The translations under genes were made by a program, and so were the position numbers. From the IMG/VR virus record IMGVR_UViG_3300012940_000086, positions 1-28,879 of that record: a stretch of 28,879 nt of DNA; one strand, given 5' to 3'. A model generated the notes under the pieces. The model did no database searches and was not told the DNA's origin. It worked only from the letters and a program-made list of their open reading frames with translations. Origin of the DNA: a virus. Taxonomy: Duplodnaviria > Caudoviricetes. Shown here piece by piece: positions 1-10,407 of the stretch (position 1 is the stretch's first letter; each line of letters opens with the position of its first letter).

Positions 1-122
1 ACATATATCGACAGTGTCGAATAGTTTCCCGATTGACTCTGGGATACCCAGTCGACCTCTGTAATATAAAGTGTACGAGGATTAGTGGGGCTAGTATCTC
101 GAGAAACGCGCGGTGTACCCAT
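1..122 (-). CDS. Minor tail protein, N-terminal part (truncated by window edge)
   Basis: Translated by hand: AAGGAG RBS, ATG at 122, MGTPRVSRDTSPTNPRTLYITEVDWVSQSQSGNYSTLSIY..., open to the window edge; follows the baseplate genes. Confidence 0.7.
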   Translation of the reverse strand, partial: MGTPRVSRDTSPTNPRTLYITEVDWVSQSQSGNYSTLSIY

Positions 123-136
123 AGAATCTCCTTAGG

Positions 137-382
137 TCACAACGTCTGGAAATAGATCGTCCCGTCTGGTTTTCCATCGCTGTTGTTGGGCGCGGTTGTT
201 CCTGAGGAAATACCCGCAGCGGCTTGATACCCTGCAATACCCACAGGAATGAGGGCGCCTAACTGTGCAATGAAGTCCCGAGTACGGTTGATCTCTCGAG
301 CACCATAACGGACTCGCCCCTCTTCGCCTGTGTTGGGGACGAGAGGATATCCAGCAGCTGTCGCGTCATCACCAACGGCCAT
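137..382 (-). CDS. Small minor tail protein
   Basis: 81 aa with AAGGAAGAG RBS; C-terminal GISSGTTAP...GKPDGTIYFQ motif typical of tail fibre junction segments; lies in the tail operon. Confidence 0.7.
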   Translation of the reverse strand: MAVGDDATAAGYPLVPNTGEEGRVRYGAREINRTRDFIAQLGALIPVGIAGYQAAAGISSGTTAPNNSDGKPDGTIYFQTL

Positions 383-400
383 GAGTCTCTTCCTTCTTTA

Positions 401-2050
401 TCATGGCCTCGACTCCCAGGTGTCGGCCGGGTTAACCAGATCGTCCCACACCTCAGCAGCAGGTTCAGCATACCACGAGCCCGCAGTAATCAGCTGCTTG
501 ATTGAGAGAGTCGGATAAGCACGATCCCCCGTTGCATCGGAAGCAAATATCTGCTCCGTGACGCGCATCTGATTCGTCACCTGATCCGAATTGCGAATTT
601 CAACCAGATCCCCAAGTTCGTAATCTCGATGATAGACGTATTGACTATTCTCCGGAATCTCACCGTCAAAAGCCACAAGGTTAGTGTTTTTGGCAAGCTC
701 GTCTTTTCCTCTCTGAATCAGGAAGGGAAGAAGAGCAGCATCTTCTGCATCGTTGTACGAGTCTGTTCTCTCGATAAGATCTTCAATGAGAGTTTTCTCG
801 TCGCTCATCACAGTAGTCTGCTGTTTATTAGCTGCGTCCGAAATATATTGCTTGTTAGTGTTGGTGATGTTTGCATTATTAGCAAGCATCGTATTCAAGC
901 TCGATAGATCCGAATTACTGAGACGGACTGAAGCTTCCATGCGACTTAAAGCATCTTTTTGATCCTGAGTTACCCCGCTAGCTGCTTTTGCCAAGGTAAT
1001 GGCCGAAGCCTCGCTCGATGTCAGAGAATATACATTATTGATAACCGCTTCAATATTTACTTTATCCTGAGGATAGAGTCTCCTCATCTGAGTGATTTTA
1101 CCCAGAGAAGATGATTGAAAATCAGTAACATTAATCAGACTCTGAACTGCCCGTACAACTGCAGCCTCATCATCCGTAATGGTATACGGTAATGGATCTA
1201 ACTGCGATCGATCGGGATAGAGGATATCACTAGCATCGACGAAAAGAACTTTTCGATCAAAACCCGAAACACTCTCATCAACGTTGTTAGCGTAGACAAA
1301 GGTTTCGCCGTTCGGACTTATAACGTGAGCGACATTCTTATAATTTCCCACAGCTGTCAAATATGACACGTCAGTAAGGTTGTCTAACTCAGGCGCAAAA
1401 ATAACAGCAGGAAGAGTACTCTGTAGAGTAGTTCTATCATTACCCGAATAAATGTTGAACATCAGCTCAGACTCATCCCCGTTTCGAACTAAGCGGAAAC
1501 CCAAGTCATAAATATCGCAAATCTCTTTAATCGCCTGATAGACGCTCGTCGGAGAGATAACGAGAGAGACAGGGTCTTCCGGCTCAGGGATGTTGTCTGG
1601 GGGATAAATATTACCCTCCACGTAGAACGGAATGATATCTTCCGTATGAATGTTTCCTTCCACGCAAACGTAATTAAATATCTCTCTGGCAATTTCTGCA
1701 GGGAGAACGTCCGTGAAATACCATTTCACATCGGTTACATCCGTGTTCGGAGTCATATTCTTAGCTACTCGGGCATCGAGAATACTCTCGAGGGAAGGTC
1801 CTTTGATGTTCAAATATACCTTACCGTCAGAATCTTTTCGATCCTCAACCGTCTCGATGACCATGATGCGTGTAGACTCATTGATCGCCAAATATGTCCC
1901 TGGGGTCAGAAGACTACGCGCTTTCAACGACGATGGTATAACGAGCTCAAAATCCCCCGCGGAACTAAAACGTTCGGTCCATATCAAAGTTTCATACTGG
2001 TCAAACACAGCCGTGCGACGGAGTTGGCTATCCAGGATGAAAAGATCCAT
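401..2050 (-). CDS. Minor tail/baseplate hub protein (ReqiPepy6 gp37-like) with helical insertion
   Basis: LIWTERFSSAGDFEL N-terminus and YVYHRDYELGDLVEI...RVTEQI C-terminus. Start moved to 2050 (TAATG overlap with upstream stop, GGAG RBS). Confidence 0.85.
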   Translation of the reverse strand: MDLFILDSQLRRTAVFDQYETLIWTERFSSAGDFELVIPSSLKARSLLTPGTYLAINESTRIMVIETVEDRKDSDGKVYLNIKGPSLESILDARVAKNMTPNTDVTDVKWYFTDVLPAEIAREIFNYVCVEGNIHTEDIIPFYVEGNIYPPDNIPEPEDPVSLVISPTSVYQAIKEICDIYDLGFRLVRNGDESELMFNIYSGNDRTTLQSTLPAVIFAPELDNLTDVSYLTAVGNYKNVAHVISPNGETFVYANNVDESVSGFDRKVLFVDASDILYPDRSQLDPLPYTITDDEAAVVRAVQSLINVTDFQSSSLGKITQMRRLYPQDKVNIEAVINNVYSLTSSEASAITLAKAASGVTQDQKDALSRMEASVRLSNSDLSSLNTMLANNANITNTNKQYISDAANKQQTTVMSDEKTLIEDLIERTDSYNDAEDAALLPFLIQRGKDELAKNTNLVAFDGEIPENSQYVYHRDYELGDLVEIRNSDQVTNQMRVTEQIFASDATGDRAYPTLSIKQLITAGSWYAEPAAEVWDDLVNPADTWESRP

Positions 2051-2874
2051 TATAGTGCTCCGTATTTGTCCGTATAAGCGATAGACCAAGGAATGGGTTC
2101 CCCGGCTACCAGAACTCGAAGTTTGTTGAGCCCCTCAAATAGATTGAGCCAGTTCGCCGAAGGATTCACACCATAGAGAACTGAATTATCAACTCCCGCA
2201 TGTGTCAGGATAGCGTACTTGTCTCCCGGAACTGTGGAGATCTTCAAAGTATCACCAGCCACCATAGGGGCCGTAAACTGAAGAGATCTCTGAGAGTTGT
2301 CAGGAGGGGTGTTATAGAAGGTGAATCCATTGATGTCTCGATCGAGGTTCAACGTAAACACGAATCCGGTTTCAACACTACCGTTATACGTGAGATCTGA
2401 GGTTGTAGATCCCGATGTGGTAGTAGCCGAGAATATACGAGGGGTCAGATCTACAAAGTTGGAATCCTCACAGACGATAGAGATGGTTGCATCCGGATCC
2501 TGGGTGCCGAATCGGGGCGTGTCGTTGGATTCGACACGCCCCGATATGTCTACGACAAGCCCATCATCCTCATAAAACCGAAGACGGACGAGCGACTTGG
2601 GCATAAACCATTTGTACAAACGTCGTCTAAGATCTCGGACAGAGGTGTTGACGTAATCCGGCTCATAACCTAATTTCAGAATAATATTCCGACGATCACG
2701 TCGTGCAGATTGAAAAGTACTGAGATCCTGCCCAGCGAAATCAGAATATACTAAAGTCGCTTTAACCGGATCTAGTCCTTGCACATCCTCTACGGAGATA
2801 CCTTCGGAAATATCCAGAAGGGAGAGCGTGAGAAGACTCCCTTGAAGGTTGCGTGCTTCAATTTTCGTCAGCAT
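2050..2874 (-). CDS. Distal tail protein (Dit-like minor tail protein)
   Basis: 274 aa directly after the tape measure gene; VQGLDP, RRNIIL.L and L.EG.NKL motifs of siphovirus Dit proteins. Confidence 0.85.
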   Translation of the reverse strand: MLTKIEARNLQGSLLTLSLLDISEGISVEDVQGLDPVKATLVYSDFAGQDLSTFQSARRDRRNIILKLGYEPDYVNTSVRDLRRRLYKWFMPKSLVRLRFYEDDGLVVDISGRVESNDTPRFGTQDPDATISIVCEDSNFVDLTPRIFSATTTSGSTTSDLTYNGSVETGFVFTLNLDRDINGFTFYNTPPDNSQRSLQFTAPMVAGDTLKISTVPGDKYAILTHAGVDNSVLYGVNPSANWLNLFEGLNKLRVLVAGEPIPWSIAYTDKYGAL

Positions 2875-5800
2875 TACTTCTCCAGCTCTCCCTTCACAAC
2901 GGATAGTTGATTCTTAGTATTACGATATATCTCTACCGTAGACATAGCCTTCGGCGAGTAGTTGTTCTGAGTGTAATACATGTTCGTTTGATTACCCGTG
3001 ACAGGATTACCATCGGCATCCGTCATAACGCGCATGTTATCTTCATACCCAGTATTCGCAGAATATACATCGGTCTTGACTTTGTCAAGAGACAAAGTCT
3101 GGTCTTGAGGTGTGAGAATACCGTTGATCTGCGAGGCATCTTTCTTAACCGCAGAAAGATCCAAAACAGGACGAATAGTCGGTTGAACGTCAACATTCTC
3201 ATCAACAGTTCTACCGATATCCATCATAGTCTTTTGCAGACCAGTCAATGCTGCGTTACCTACATCAGACCCTGCATTCTCTACCTTCGTTCCCATCTTG
3301 CCCAACTGATTGATCAGACCAAGAATCGACCAGGTTCCAACCTCAGCAAAGGCCTTCGACGGGGAGTGAATCCCAAGAGCGTTCTTCGCACCCTGCAGAA
3401 GTGCGTTACCAATCCTACGACCAGCGTAGTTAAGGTCCGAACCTCCCTGCTCAATGGCCATTGCGACTCCGTCAACGATGGCTCGGAAGAGTCTACTTCC
3501 TGCCCTGACAAAGTCATCACTGTACTTCTTGACCGCGTCTCCCACACCGATAATGAACTTCAGAACCAGATTAGCCGCAGCATCAATGATTCGCGGTATA
3601 GCATTAGCTATACCATTAATAAAGTTCACAACGATGTCTGTGCCCTTTTCAATAACCTTCCCGATGTTCTTTCCGATTCCGTCAAGAACTCCGGTGAGGA
3701 TTTTCAAACCCGCATCGACCAGGAAAGGTATCAATACAACGAGAGCGTCCACGAGAGATGTGATAAGTACTGTCGCAACCCGGATTATTTCAGGAACGAC
3801 GGTCTCAATAGCACTCAGCATTGCTATAAGTAGCTGAACGAACGCCTCAATAAGTCGAGGAGCGTTAGCACCGATAGTTACTGCCATGATTACCAGACCC
3901 TCTCCAATTTTCAGAGCAAGGAGAGGAATAGTATCAGCAAATGCCAATATACCCTTGATAAACATGTCTATGCCTTGTTGACCTGCTGCTACAAGCACGC
4001 CGATACCAATTGCAAGAGCGCCGATTCCGACAGAGGCCAGGAATATACCCGTGCCCAAGAGCAGGAGTGCTGCTCCGAGAAGGGTAAATCCAACCGCAGC
4101 TGGAATGAGCAATACTCCACCAACCGCTAGAATAGCAATGGCAGAACCCAGCACAGTCAGACCTCTCCCGATCTCATCCCACGACATACTGCCTAGGAGT
4201 TTGAGAGCGGGGGCAAGAATCATCATAGCAGCAGCAACTGCGATCATTGCCACCGCACCGAGAGCTGCGGCCTCGAAAGCAAATGCTGCACCCGCAAGAA
4301 TGAGAAGTCCTCCTGCAAGAACTACCATGGTGCGACCAATGTCATCCCAAGACATCGTGGCGATGATCTTTAAAGCATTGGCCAGAACCATAATCGCAGC
4401 GGCTGCGATAACCATTCCAATCGACCCAACGATTCCCGCACTCATAGCAATCATAGCTATGGAGAGAATAGTAAGTCCTGCTGCTAGAACAGTAAGACCT
4501 CGACCGATGTCATCCCACGACATTCCCGAAAGAGTCGTCATGGCCTGTGCAAATATAACAAGGCCCACTGCCGCAATAACCATAGCGCCTGATAGAGCAA
4601 CAACCGCAAGAGCTCCCACTATAACCATAGGTCCAATCAGTGAAAGCAACGTGACAGCTCCTACAAGAACCGCAAGAACGGCAGCGAACGCAACCGCTCC
4701 CTGAATAGCCCCTTCTGTAGGAAGTGCAGCGATAATAGCAATAGCCGTTGCCATGGTGAGCATAGCACCCGATAGAAGTATCAGAGCTCCCGCTCCAAGA
4801 AGAGCTTTCGGCCCCATAAGGTTGAGAAGCGAAACCGCGCCCACCAAAGCTGCCAAGGTCACAACAAATGCTGCCGTTCCTTGTATAACCCGATCCAGAG
4901 GGAAAGCCGCTATAATAGCGATAGCCCCCGCTACAAGAATCATAACGCCGGCGAGCATCTGCAACGCTAGAGCCCCCGCCAAGGCTTTCGGCCCCATGGT
5001 ATTGAGAACTGCGACAGCACCAACCAGAGCTGCGAGAGCAATAACAATACCGCCAACACCCTGCGCCGCTTTATCAAGAGGAAGAGCAGCTACTATAGCA
5101 ATAGCTCCTGCCAGAATCAACAAAGCAGTAGACATGGTGATCATAGCAGCCGTAACGACCGGAAGCATGAGCAACTTTTTATCACCAATGATCCGGATCA
5201 TAACCGCCATCGACGTGATGAGCGACGCCATCATAGCTACCAGAACGTTCAGCGAGTTGTTCAACTTTTCCGAGTCTACAAGACTCATAACAACGGCAGA
5301 ACCAGCTAAGATTGCCAAGGATATCGCAATATCCTTGATCGTCTTCGCCTGAACCTGACGCTGCATCGCCTTGAGATTTCCCGTGATTTGATCGAATACT
5401 CCGGAAATAGACGTACCGATTCCGCCGAACTTGTCGAACATACTGGAGATGCTACCGAGAATACCTCCACCGCCTGCAATGCTGTCGATACCAGTCTTGA
5501 TTTTACCGAAGAGTGTGGTTATAGAGAAAATCAGAGCGGTAACGAGGCCAGTATTAATCAGATCGATCACATTGTCAAAGGTGATCTTACCTATACCGTC
5601 GATAAGACCTTGAATGAAGTTAGTCAGAGGATTATCTCCGCCCTTACCCTCATTTTTCGGAAATAGGTCGTTGAACCAGTTCTTGGCTTTGGCGACCATT
5701 TCGCCAATCTTATCGCCGACCCATTCTGCAGCTTCTCCGATCTTCCCGAAGAGGTTGGCAATCGGCTCGAATCTTTCTTTGAGTTTTGTCGCGAACTCCG

Positions 5801-7337
5801 TCAGACCATCCGGATTGATCTTGGCGAAAGATTCCACCATCTGAGCAATAAAGCCAACAAGCCCCTTAATAAGAGCAATTGGTGTCTTTATGACGGTTCC
5901 GATCACACCGAAAATCTTGCCGAAAATATCACCCTTCTTGATCGCTTCGTCCACTTTAACGAGCCACTCGCCGATCGTAGACGTAAAGTCCAGGATCGAT
6001 CCTTCCCCATCTCCTCGAATGAAGTTGATCAAATCAAATATGGTGGTGAAGATCGCCTTTATAAATTGAATACCGATGCTGATAATCGCAAAGAAACCCG
6101 CAAAAGTGGTCTTCAGCTGACCCAGTTCTTTGTTCGAAGGGATTAAAGATGCGGTGAATCGTCTAATAGCACTGAGGATATTAATTACACCGTCGACGCC
6201 CTTCGAAGGAAATATCTCAGAGAAGCCTTCCTTGAACGAGCTGACAAGACCCTTTACGACACTTGAGAGATTCTTGAATGTGGCGAGAAGGATCTCTGGG
6301 GCCTTGGACTGCGCGATACCCTTCAAAAGATCTATCAGATTGTTGTTTCCAGCGAGCTGAATCTCTGATATTGTTTTGATAAAAGGGATCAGAGCATTCT
6401 TCGCCATGTCAATCAACGGAGTGATTGCGTTGAAGAGATCTCGCTGACGAGTCAAATATCCGACAAACTCGTTATCGACACCGTCGTAGTAGAGAGCCCC
6501 GATTCGAGCAAGCGCGGTCTTCAAGTTACCAAGCGAACCAGTATAGGTCTCGTTAGCCTTAGTGGCGTGCTCACCGAACGCGTTGTCCATCGCCTGAGCA
6601 AAGGTCGCGAACGAGATCTTTCCCTCAGAGGCCATCTTGCGAACTGCTTCTTCGCTTGTTCCCATCGATTTAGCGAGAGTTGCTGCGGCGTTGATACCAA
6701 GAACACCAATTCGGTTAATATCGTCACCCATAAGGCGACCCTGACCGGCAACTTTGGTGAATATGTTCGATACCTCGTCGAAGGACCGGCCACCCATAGC
6801 TGCCAGACCAGAAACCGCACGAAGTGCCGTCTTCATCTGATCCCCGGCTTGAACGCCCGAAGCACCAAACTGTGCAGCAGCCTTAGCGGCGGAATCCAGA
6901 CCGAAAGCGGTTCCCTCCACTGCGTAGAGAGCATCCTTCATGATCTGTTTGACGTCCAGACCCAAACCCTCCAGCTGGAATCTCGCCTGCTCGAGGTTCA
7001 GAGCACGATTCATGCCGCCTTCGATAATGGGGTTGATGACGTTCGCAATGGCGTTTTGGGCGAAACTGATAGCTTCTTGTGTCAGACGGCTAAGAACGTT
7101 GATCGCTATGACGCCAAGACCTGAGAAGGCAGCGGCGATTTGTTGAACGGCTCCAGTCAGACCGCCAAGGTTTACTTCATTAGCGGCTCTTTGAATATCG
7201 TCAAGACCTTTTGTGGCGCCGTCGAGCTCAAGGTGATCTTTAAGGTCGTCAAGAGAGTCATTAGACTGCCGAATTGCCCTTTCAAACTGTTCGTTCTCAA
7301 ACTGCATTTCAACAATGCGATCATCGATACTGCTCAC
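2874..7337 (-). CDS. Tape measure protein
   Basis: About 1,490 aa, Ala/Gly/Ile-rich, N-terminal tape-measure domain, long hydrophobic repeat region. Start moved to GTG 7337 (GTGA overlap with upstream stop). Confidence 0.95.
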   Translation of the reverse strand: MSSIDDRIVEMQFENEQFERAIRQSNDSLDDLKDHLELDGATKGLDDIQRAANEVNLGGLTGAVQQIAAAFSGLGVIAINVLSRLTQEAISFAQNAIANVINPIIEGGMNRALNLEQARFQLEGLGLDVKQIMKDALYAVEGTAFGLDSAAKAAAQFGASGVQAGDQMKTALRAVSGLAAMGGRSFDEVSNIFTKVAGQGRLMGDDINRIGVLGINAAATLAKSMGTSEEAVRKMASEGKISFATFAQAMDNAFGEHATKANETYTGSLGNLKTALARIGALYYDGVDNEFVGYLTRQRDLFNAITPLIDMAKNALIPFIKTISEIQLAGNNNLIDLLKGIAQSKAPEILLATFKNLSSVVKGLVSSFKEGFSEIFPSKGVDGVINILSAIRRFTASLIPSNKELGQLKTTFAGFFAIISIGIQFIKAIFTTIFDLINFIRGDGEGSILDFTSTIGEWLVKVDEAIKKGDIFGKIFGVIGTVIKTPIALIKGLVGFIAQMVESFAKINPDGLTEFATKLKERFEPIANLFGKIGEAAEWVGDKIGEMVAKAKNWFNDLFPKNEGKGGDNPLTNFIQGLIDGIGKITFDNVIDLINTGLVTALIFSITTLFGKIKTGIDSIAGGGGILGSISSMFDKFGGIGTSISGVFDQITGNLKAMQRQVQAKTIKDIAISLAILAGSAVVMSLVDSEKLNNSLNVLVAMMASLITSMAVMIRIIGDKKLLMLPVVTAAMITMSTALLILAGAIAIVAALPLDKAAQGVGGIVIALAALVGAVAVLNTMGPKALAGALALQMLAGVMILVAGAIAIIAAFPLDRVIQGTAAFVVTLAALVGAVSLLNLMGPKALLGAGALILLSGAMLTMATAIAIIAALPTEGAIQGAVAFAAVLAVLVGAVTLLSLIGPMVIVGALAVVALSGAMVIAAVGLVIFAQAMTTLSGMSWDDIGRGLTVLAAGLTILSIAMIAMSAGIVGSIGMVIAAAAIMVLANALKIIATMSWDDIGRTMVVLAGGLLILAGAAFAFEAAALGAVAMIAVAAAMMILAPALKLLGSMSWDEIGRGLTVLGSAIAILAVGGVLLIPAAVGFTLLGAALLLLGTGIFLASVGIGALAIGIGVLVAAGQQGIDMFIKGILAFADTIPLLALKIGEGLVIMAVTIGANAPRLIEAFVQLLIAMLSAIETVVPEIIRVATVLITSLVDALVVLIPFLVDAGLKILTGVLDGIGKNIGKVIEKGTDIVVNFINGIANAIPRIIDAAANLVLKFIIGVGDAVKKYSDDFVRAGSRLFRAIVDGVAMAIEQGGSDLNYAGRRIGNALLQGAKNALGIHSPSKAFAEVGTWSILGLINQLGKMGTKVENAGSDVGNAALTGLQKTMMDIGRTVDENVDVQPTIRPVLDLSAVKKDASQINGILTPQDQTLSLDKVKTDVYSANTGYEDNMRVMTDADGNPVTGNQTNMYYTQNNYSPKAMSTVEIYRNTKNQLSVVKGELEK

Positions 7338-7714
7338 GCGTTCACCACCGCCTTCCACACACCTTCGGAGATCTTGTCAAATATATCAACCATAGCGGGG
7401 TTGATGAAATCGTAACCTTGAACGTACCCGCCTGTACCCGTACCATGTCCATACTGAAGCATGATCACCACAGGAGTTGTTCCGGCAAAATGGTCATTCG
7501 TCCAGGTGATCGACGACCGCCCCCCAGAGATGTCTACAAAGTAGCTCCAAGAGGCGGCCGTCACACCGGAATCTTTCGGAGTCGCTGCGGCAAGAGCGTC
7601 AACTCCCAGTTGTCCGTACTGATCAAGAGTTGAGTAGAGATCACCATTGAGCATTTTCTCAAAGAAGTTTTCAATCTTTCGAAAACTCCCTCTTTGCTTG
7701 ACAGTGAGCTTCAT
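7334..7714 (-). CDS. Tail completion/neck protein (HK97 gp10-like)
   Basis: 126 aa with ATPKDSG.TA.SW and QYGHGT...GYDFINPA motifs; strong AGAAAGGAG RBS. Confidence 0.7.
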   Translation of the reverse strand: MKLTVKQRGSFRKIENFFEKMLNGDLYSTLDQYGQLGVDALAAATPKDSGVTAASWSYFVDISGGRSSITWTNDHFAGTTPVVIMLQYGHGTGTGGYVQGYDFINPAMVDIFDKISEGVWKAVVNA

Positions 7715-7763
7715 CTCAACTCCTTTCTTATACGTTTTAACTTCTATTTTGACTCTGCTGAGA

Positions 7764-8591
7764 TCACGCAGTTTTCACTACTCGAATCCACCCAGTTAAA
7801 GTAGCACTGGTGGTTAACCATGAAAGCTGTAAACCATCTAAAGACTCTGTTCCGGAAAAAATTCCGCTTCCCATTACCACAGCATGATTATCAGCTACGG
7901 CTAAAGAAGTGGCATGTAATCCCATTCGCCAATCAAGTTTAGTCGGAACGACAGGTATTTTAGGACTTACTATTCTTATTCTTCCATCAAAAAATTCAAA
8001 AGCATTAGTGATTCCTAAAGAGAAAGTCTCTTGAGCGGGGTTCATAACAGCCGTAGCAGTCGATCCTCTTCCATAAAAACGTTCAAAAGAACATTTATTA
8101 CCTGTCGTTAAGGTTCCTGCAACGGCAAACGCAAGTTTTATGTCCGTTTTCGTCGAGGACTCGACATGATAATCCACGTCATAGGCATCAACGCCAAGAC
8201 CATTAAAAACGCCGTTTAACAATACAGAAGAAGCATTTGTAAACTGTACCGTTCCGTCACTCAAAATTGTCGAAGATCCCGACCCAACAACAACTGAAGA
8301 AGGAGTCATTACTGCAGAACCAGACGGACCCGGAGGACCTATTAAAGATTCAAGGAAGTCTTCCTCTGACCCAACATTTCCATTATCCAGCCAGATTTGA
8401 TACGCGGATTTTCCATCTAAACCGTTTAGTCCATCTTCACCATTCTGTCCTTTGACTAATCCGGCGTCGATGGTTGTTTCATTTCTTTTTTGAAGAAGAA
8501 GATGCCCATCAATGTCTACAAAACCTGAAACGACAGTATTATCTTCTATGTCTTTCATTCGCACTGCATTGAAAAGAGTAACAGAACCCAT
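7764..8591 (-). CDS. Minor tail/fibre-like protein with short collagen-like segment
   Basis: G-X-Y runs (GQNGEDGLNGLDGK, GPPGPSG) around the SAYQIWLDNGNVGSEEDFLESL motif; beta-rich C-terminus. RBS spacing favours ATG 8591. Confidence 0.65.
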   Translation of the reverse strand: MGSVTLFNAVRMKDIEDNTVVSGFVDIDGHLLLQKRNETTIDAGLVKGQNGEDGLNGLDGKSAYQIWLDNGNVGSEEDFLESLIGPPGPSGSAVMTPSSVVVGSGSSTILSDGTVQFTNASSVLLNGVFNGLGVDAYDVDYHVESSTKTDIKLAFAVAGTLTTGNKCSFERFYGRGSTATAVMNPAQETFSLGITNAFEFFDGRIRIVSPKIPVVPTKLDWRMGLHATSLAVADNHAVVMGSGIFSGTESLDGLQLSWLTTSATLTGWIRVVKTA

Positions 8592-8606
8592 AAATATCAT
8601 CTCCTT

Positions 8607-9386
8607 TCAATACGAAGTAACAAAATAAAGATTTTCCTCAATCTGGTTTACTGAAATATAATCTAAAACCCAAAGATCATCATGCCCTAGAGGATATACA
8701 GCATCGTCAGGGCCGCTAATAGTCGCTGTTCCGTCGCCATTATCTACGACACGAAATATCGCATAGGACTCAAACAGTGCAAAAATCTCGGTCATGGAAG
8801 GCATACGAGGTGTCGTACCTGCAGTACCGTACAACCATTCCTCAAGAATTGTCAAAACATCAACATTAACTGTCCGAGAATCAATGATCAAATGAGCACT
8901 CGGATGAAGTCCTAGAATGGGAACTGGAGTAGTTGAGAGCTCCCATTCTAGAGTTAAATAGTCCGTGTCCACATTCAGGGAAGTAAATTCATTCCCTGAA
9001 GGATCGGCGAGAACGTTATACACCAGATGAATCTTATATGCGAAATCGGTTCCCTCAACCGGATCTCCGATTAGTGTTCGGTAAGAAAGAGAGAAGCTTT
9101 TCCTCCGCTGACCCGTGATGAAGTCATTCGCATACCCTTCGTATTCTTCAAATTCTACAGGGTATGTAATGGCGGAAAGGGTTGCCGAGTAAGAACCAAT
9201 CTGGATATTGGAAATATGACGATCTCCGTCAACGTACAAAACCATTTGAGTCTTGTTATCGTCATTCTCTGTAAGAGAGATAAGACCGTTCCAAGCAACA
9301 CCGGGGCCGACCGCAGGATAGAAGACACCACGATCGACCCCAGCTTCATAAAGTCGCTGCGCCGGATCGCTCCAAGAAAGCCGCAT
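8607..9386 (-). CDS. Major tail protein paralogue 3
   Basis: YEAGVDRGVFY..GVAWNGL and FSLSYRT.IG...YKIHLVYN motifs shared with 10991..11878. Confidence 0.85.
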   Translation of the reverse strand: MRLSWSDPAQRLYEAGVDRGVFYPAVGPGVAWNGLISLTENDDNKTQMVLYVDGDRHISNIQIGSYSATLSAITYPVEFEEYEGYANDFITGQRRKSFSLSYRTLIGDPVEGTDFAYKIHLVYNVLADPSGNEFTSLNVDTDYLTLEWELSTTPVPILGLHPSAHLIIDSRTVNVDVLTILEEWLYGTAGTTPRMPSMTEIFALFESYAIFRVVDNGDGTATISGPDDAVYPLGHDDLWVLDYISVNQIEENLYFVTSY

Positions 9387-9394
9387 TGTTTCTC

Positions 9395-9613
9395 TTAACT
9401 ACCAAGAGTCAGCGAGATGATAAAGACCCAATCTGAGCCGTCCCACTGATACATCCATCCCGGATGATCTCCAGAGGAATCATAAATGAAAATATCTCCT
9501 AAACGAACCGTCGCCAGAAGACCTGGATCGTAGGGGTTTGATCCGGATGTGAACTTTGGGGGCTGAATCATCTGATCCAGTTCGTCTTTGGTGTAGCTTT
9601 CTACTCTAGCCAT
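9395..9613 (-). CDS. Small virion-associated hypothetical protein
   Basis: 72 aa, AAAGGA RBS, GDIFI...MYQWDGSDW motif common in tail appendage proteins. Confidence 0.65.
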   Translation of the reverse strand: MARVESYTKDELDQMIQPPKFTSGSNPYDPGLLATVRLGDIFIYDSSGDHPGWMYQWDGSDWVFIISLTLGS

Positions 9614-9624
9614 GAGAATATCCT

Positions 9625-10395
9625 TTACTCAATAGTGAAGGTTCCATCACCATTGTCGGTGACAGTATTATGATCAACGGCGAATCCTTCAGAGAGATCC
9701 TCAACGGCCGTTCCATTCAGAATATAAACACCATCCTGAACCGACTCCACATCAACCCAAGGTGAAGAGAATATCGTGATAATCTCCTGCGGGGTGGGAA
9801 GACGAGAGATAGTTTCATCTGTCCCGTAAAGAATATCCTCAATCTCAGACAGTATAGGACGAGGAGTTGTACGAGAATCGATAACCAAATGGGCAGTAGG
9901 TCGATACCCCGAGATTGCAGGAGGTGTCGTTGTGATCTTCCAACTCAACGTAAGAGGATCCGTAGAAACACCAAGAGTACGACGTTCTCGAGTAGAGGGA
10001 GAAGCAAGAGAATTATACACGATATGAATCTTATACCCATAATCGGTTGAATCTACATCATTACCGACCCGAGTACGATAACTCAACCCAAAAGTTTTTC
10101 TCGGTTGTTGAGTAATTGACAGTCCGGAATAGAGAGGAATCTCTCCATCACATCGTGCAAATTCAGCAGGAGCGGAGAAAGCTTCGATTGTGGCCTCGAA
10201 TTCCTCTGCTTGGGAAAGGTTAAGATACTTTATCCCATCATGGTAATAGGCTTGTGGTCCGCCCCCAGACGGTTCCTCCGATACCGATTTCAGACCATTC
10301 CATGGAACGCCCAGATTATCAACGAAGAGGACCCCACGATCGGTTCCAGCTTCGAAGAAACGTTGTCCCACTGCTCCCCAGACGAGTCGGGTCAT
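9625..10395 (-). CDS. Major tail protein paralogue 2
   Basis: FEAGTDRGVL..WNGL, EEFEATIEAF and FGLSYRTRVGND..YGYKIHIVYN motifs shared with 10991..11878. Confidence 0.85.
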   Translation of the reverse strand: MTRLVWGAVGQRFFEAGTDRGVLFVDNLGVPWNGLKSVSEEPSGGGPQAYYHDGIKYLNLSQAEEFEATIEAFSAPAEFARCDGEIPLYSGLSITQQPRKTFGLSYRTRVGNDVDSTDYGYKIHIVYNSLASPSTRERRTLGVSTDPLTLSWKITTTPPAISGYRPTAHLVIDSRTTPRPILSEIEDILYGTDETISRLPTPQEIITIFSSPWVDVESVQDGVYILNGTAVEDLSEGFAVDHNTVTDNGDGTFTIE

Positions 10396-10407
10396 AACAT
10401 CTCCTTT

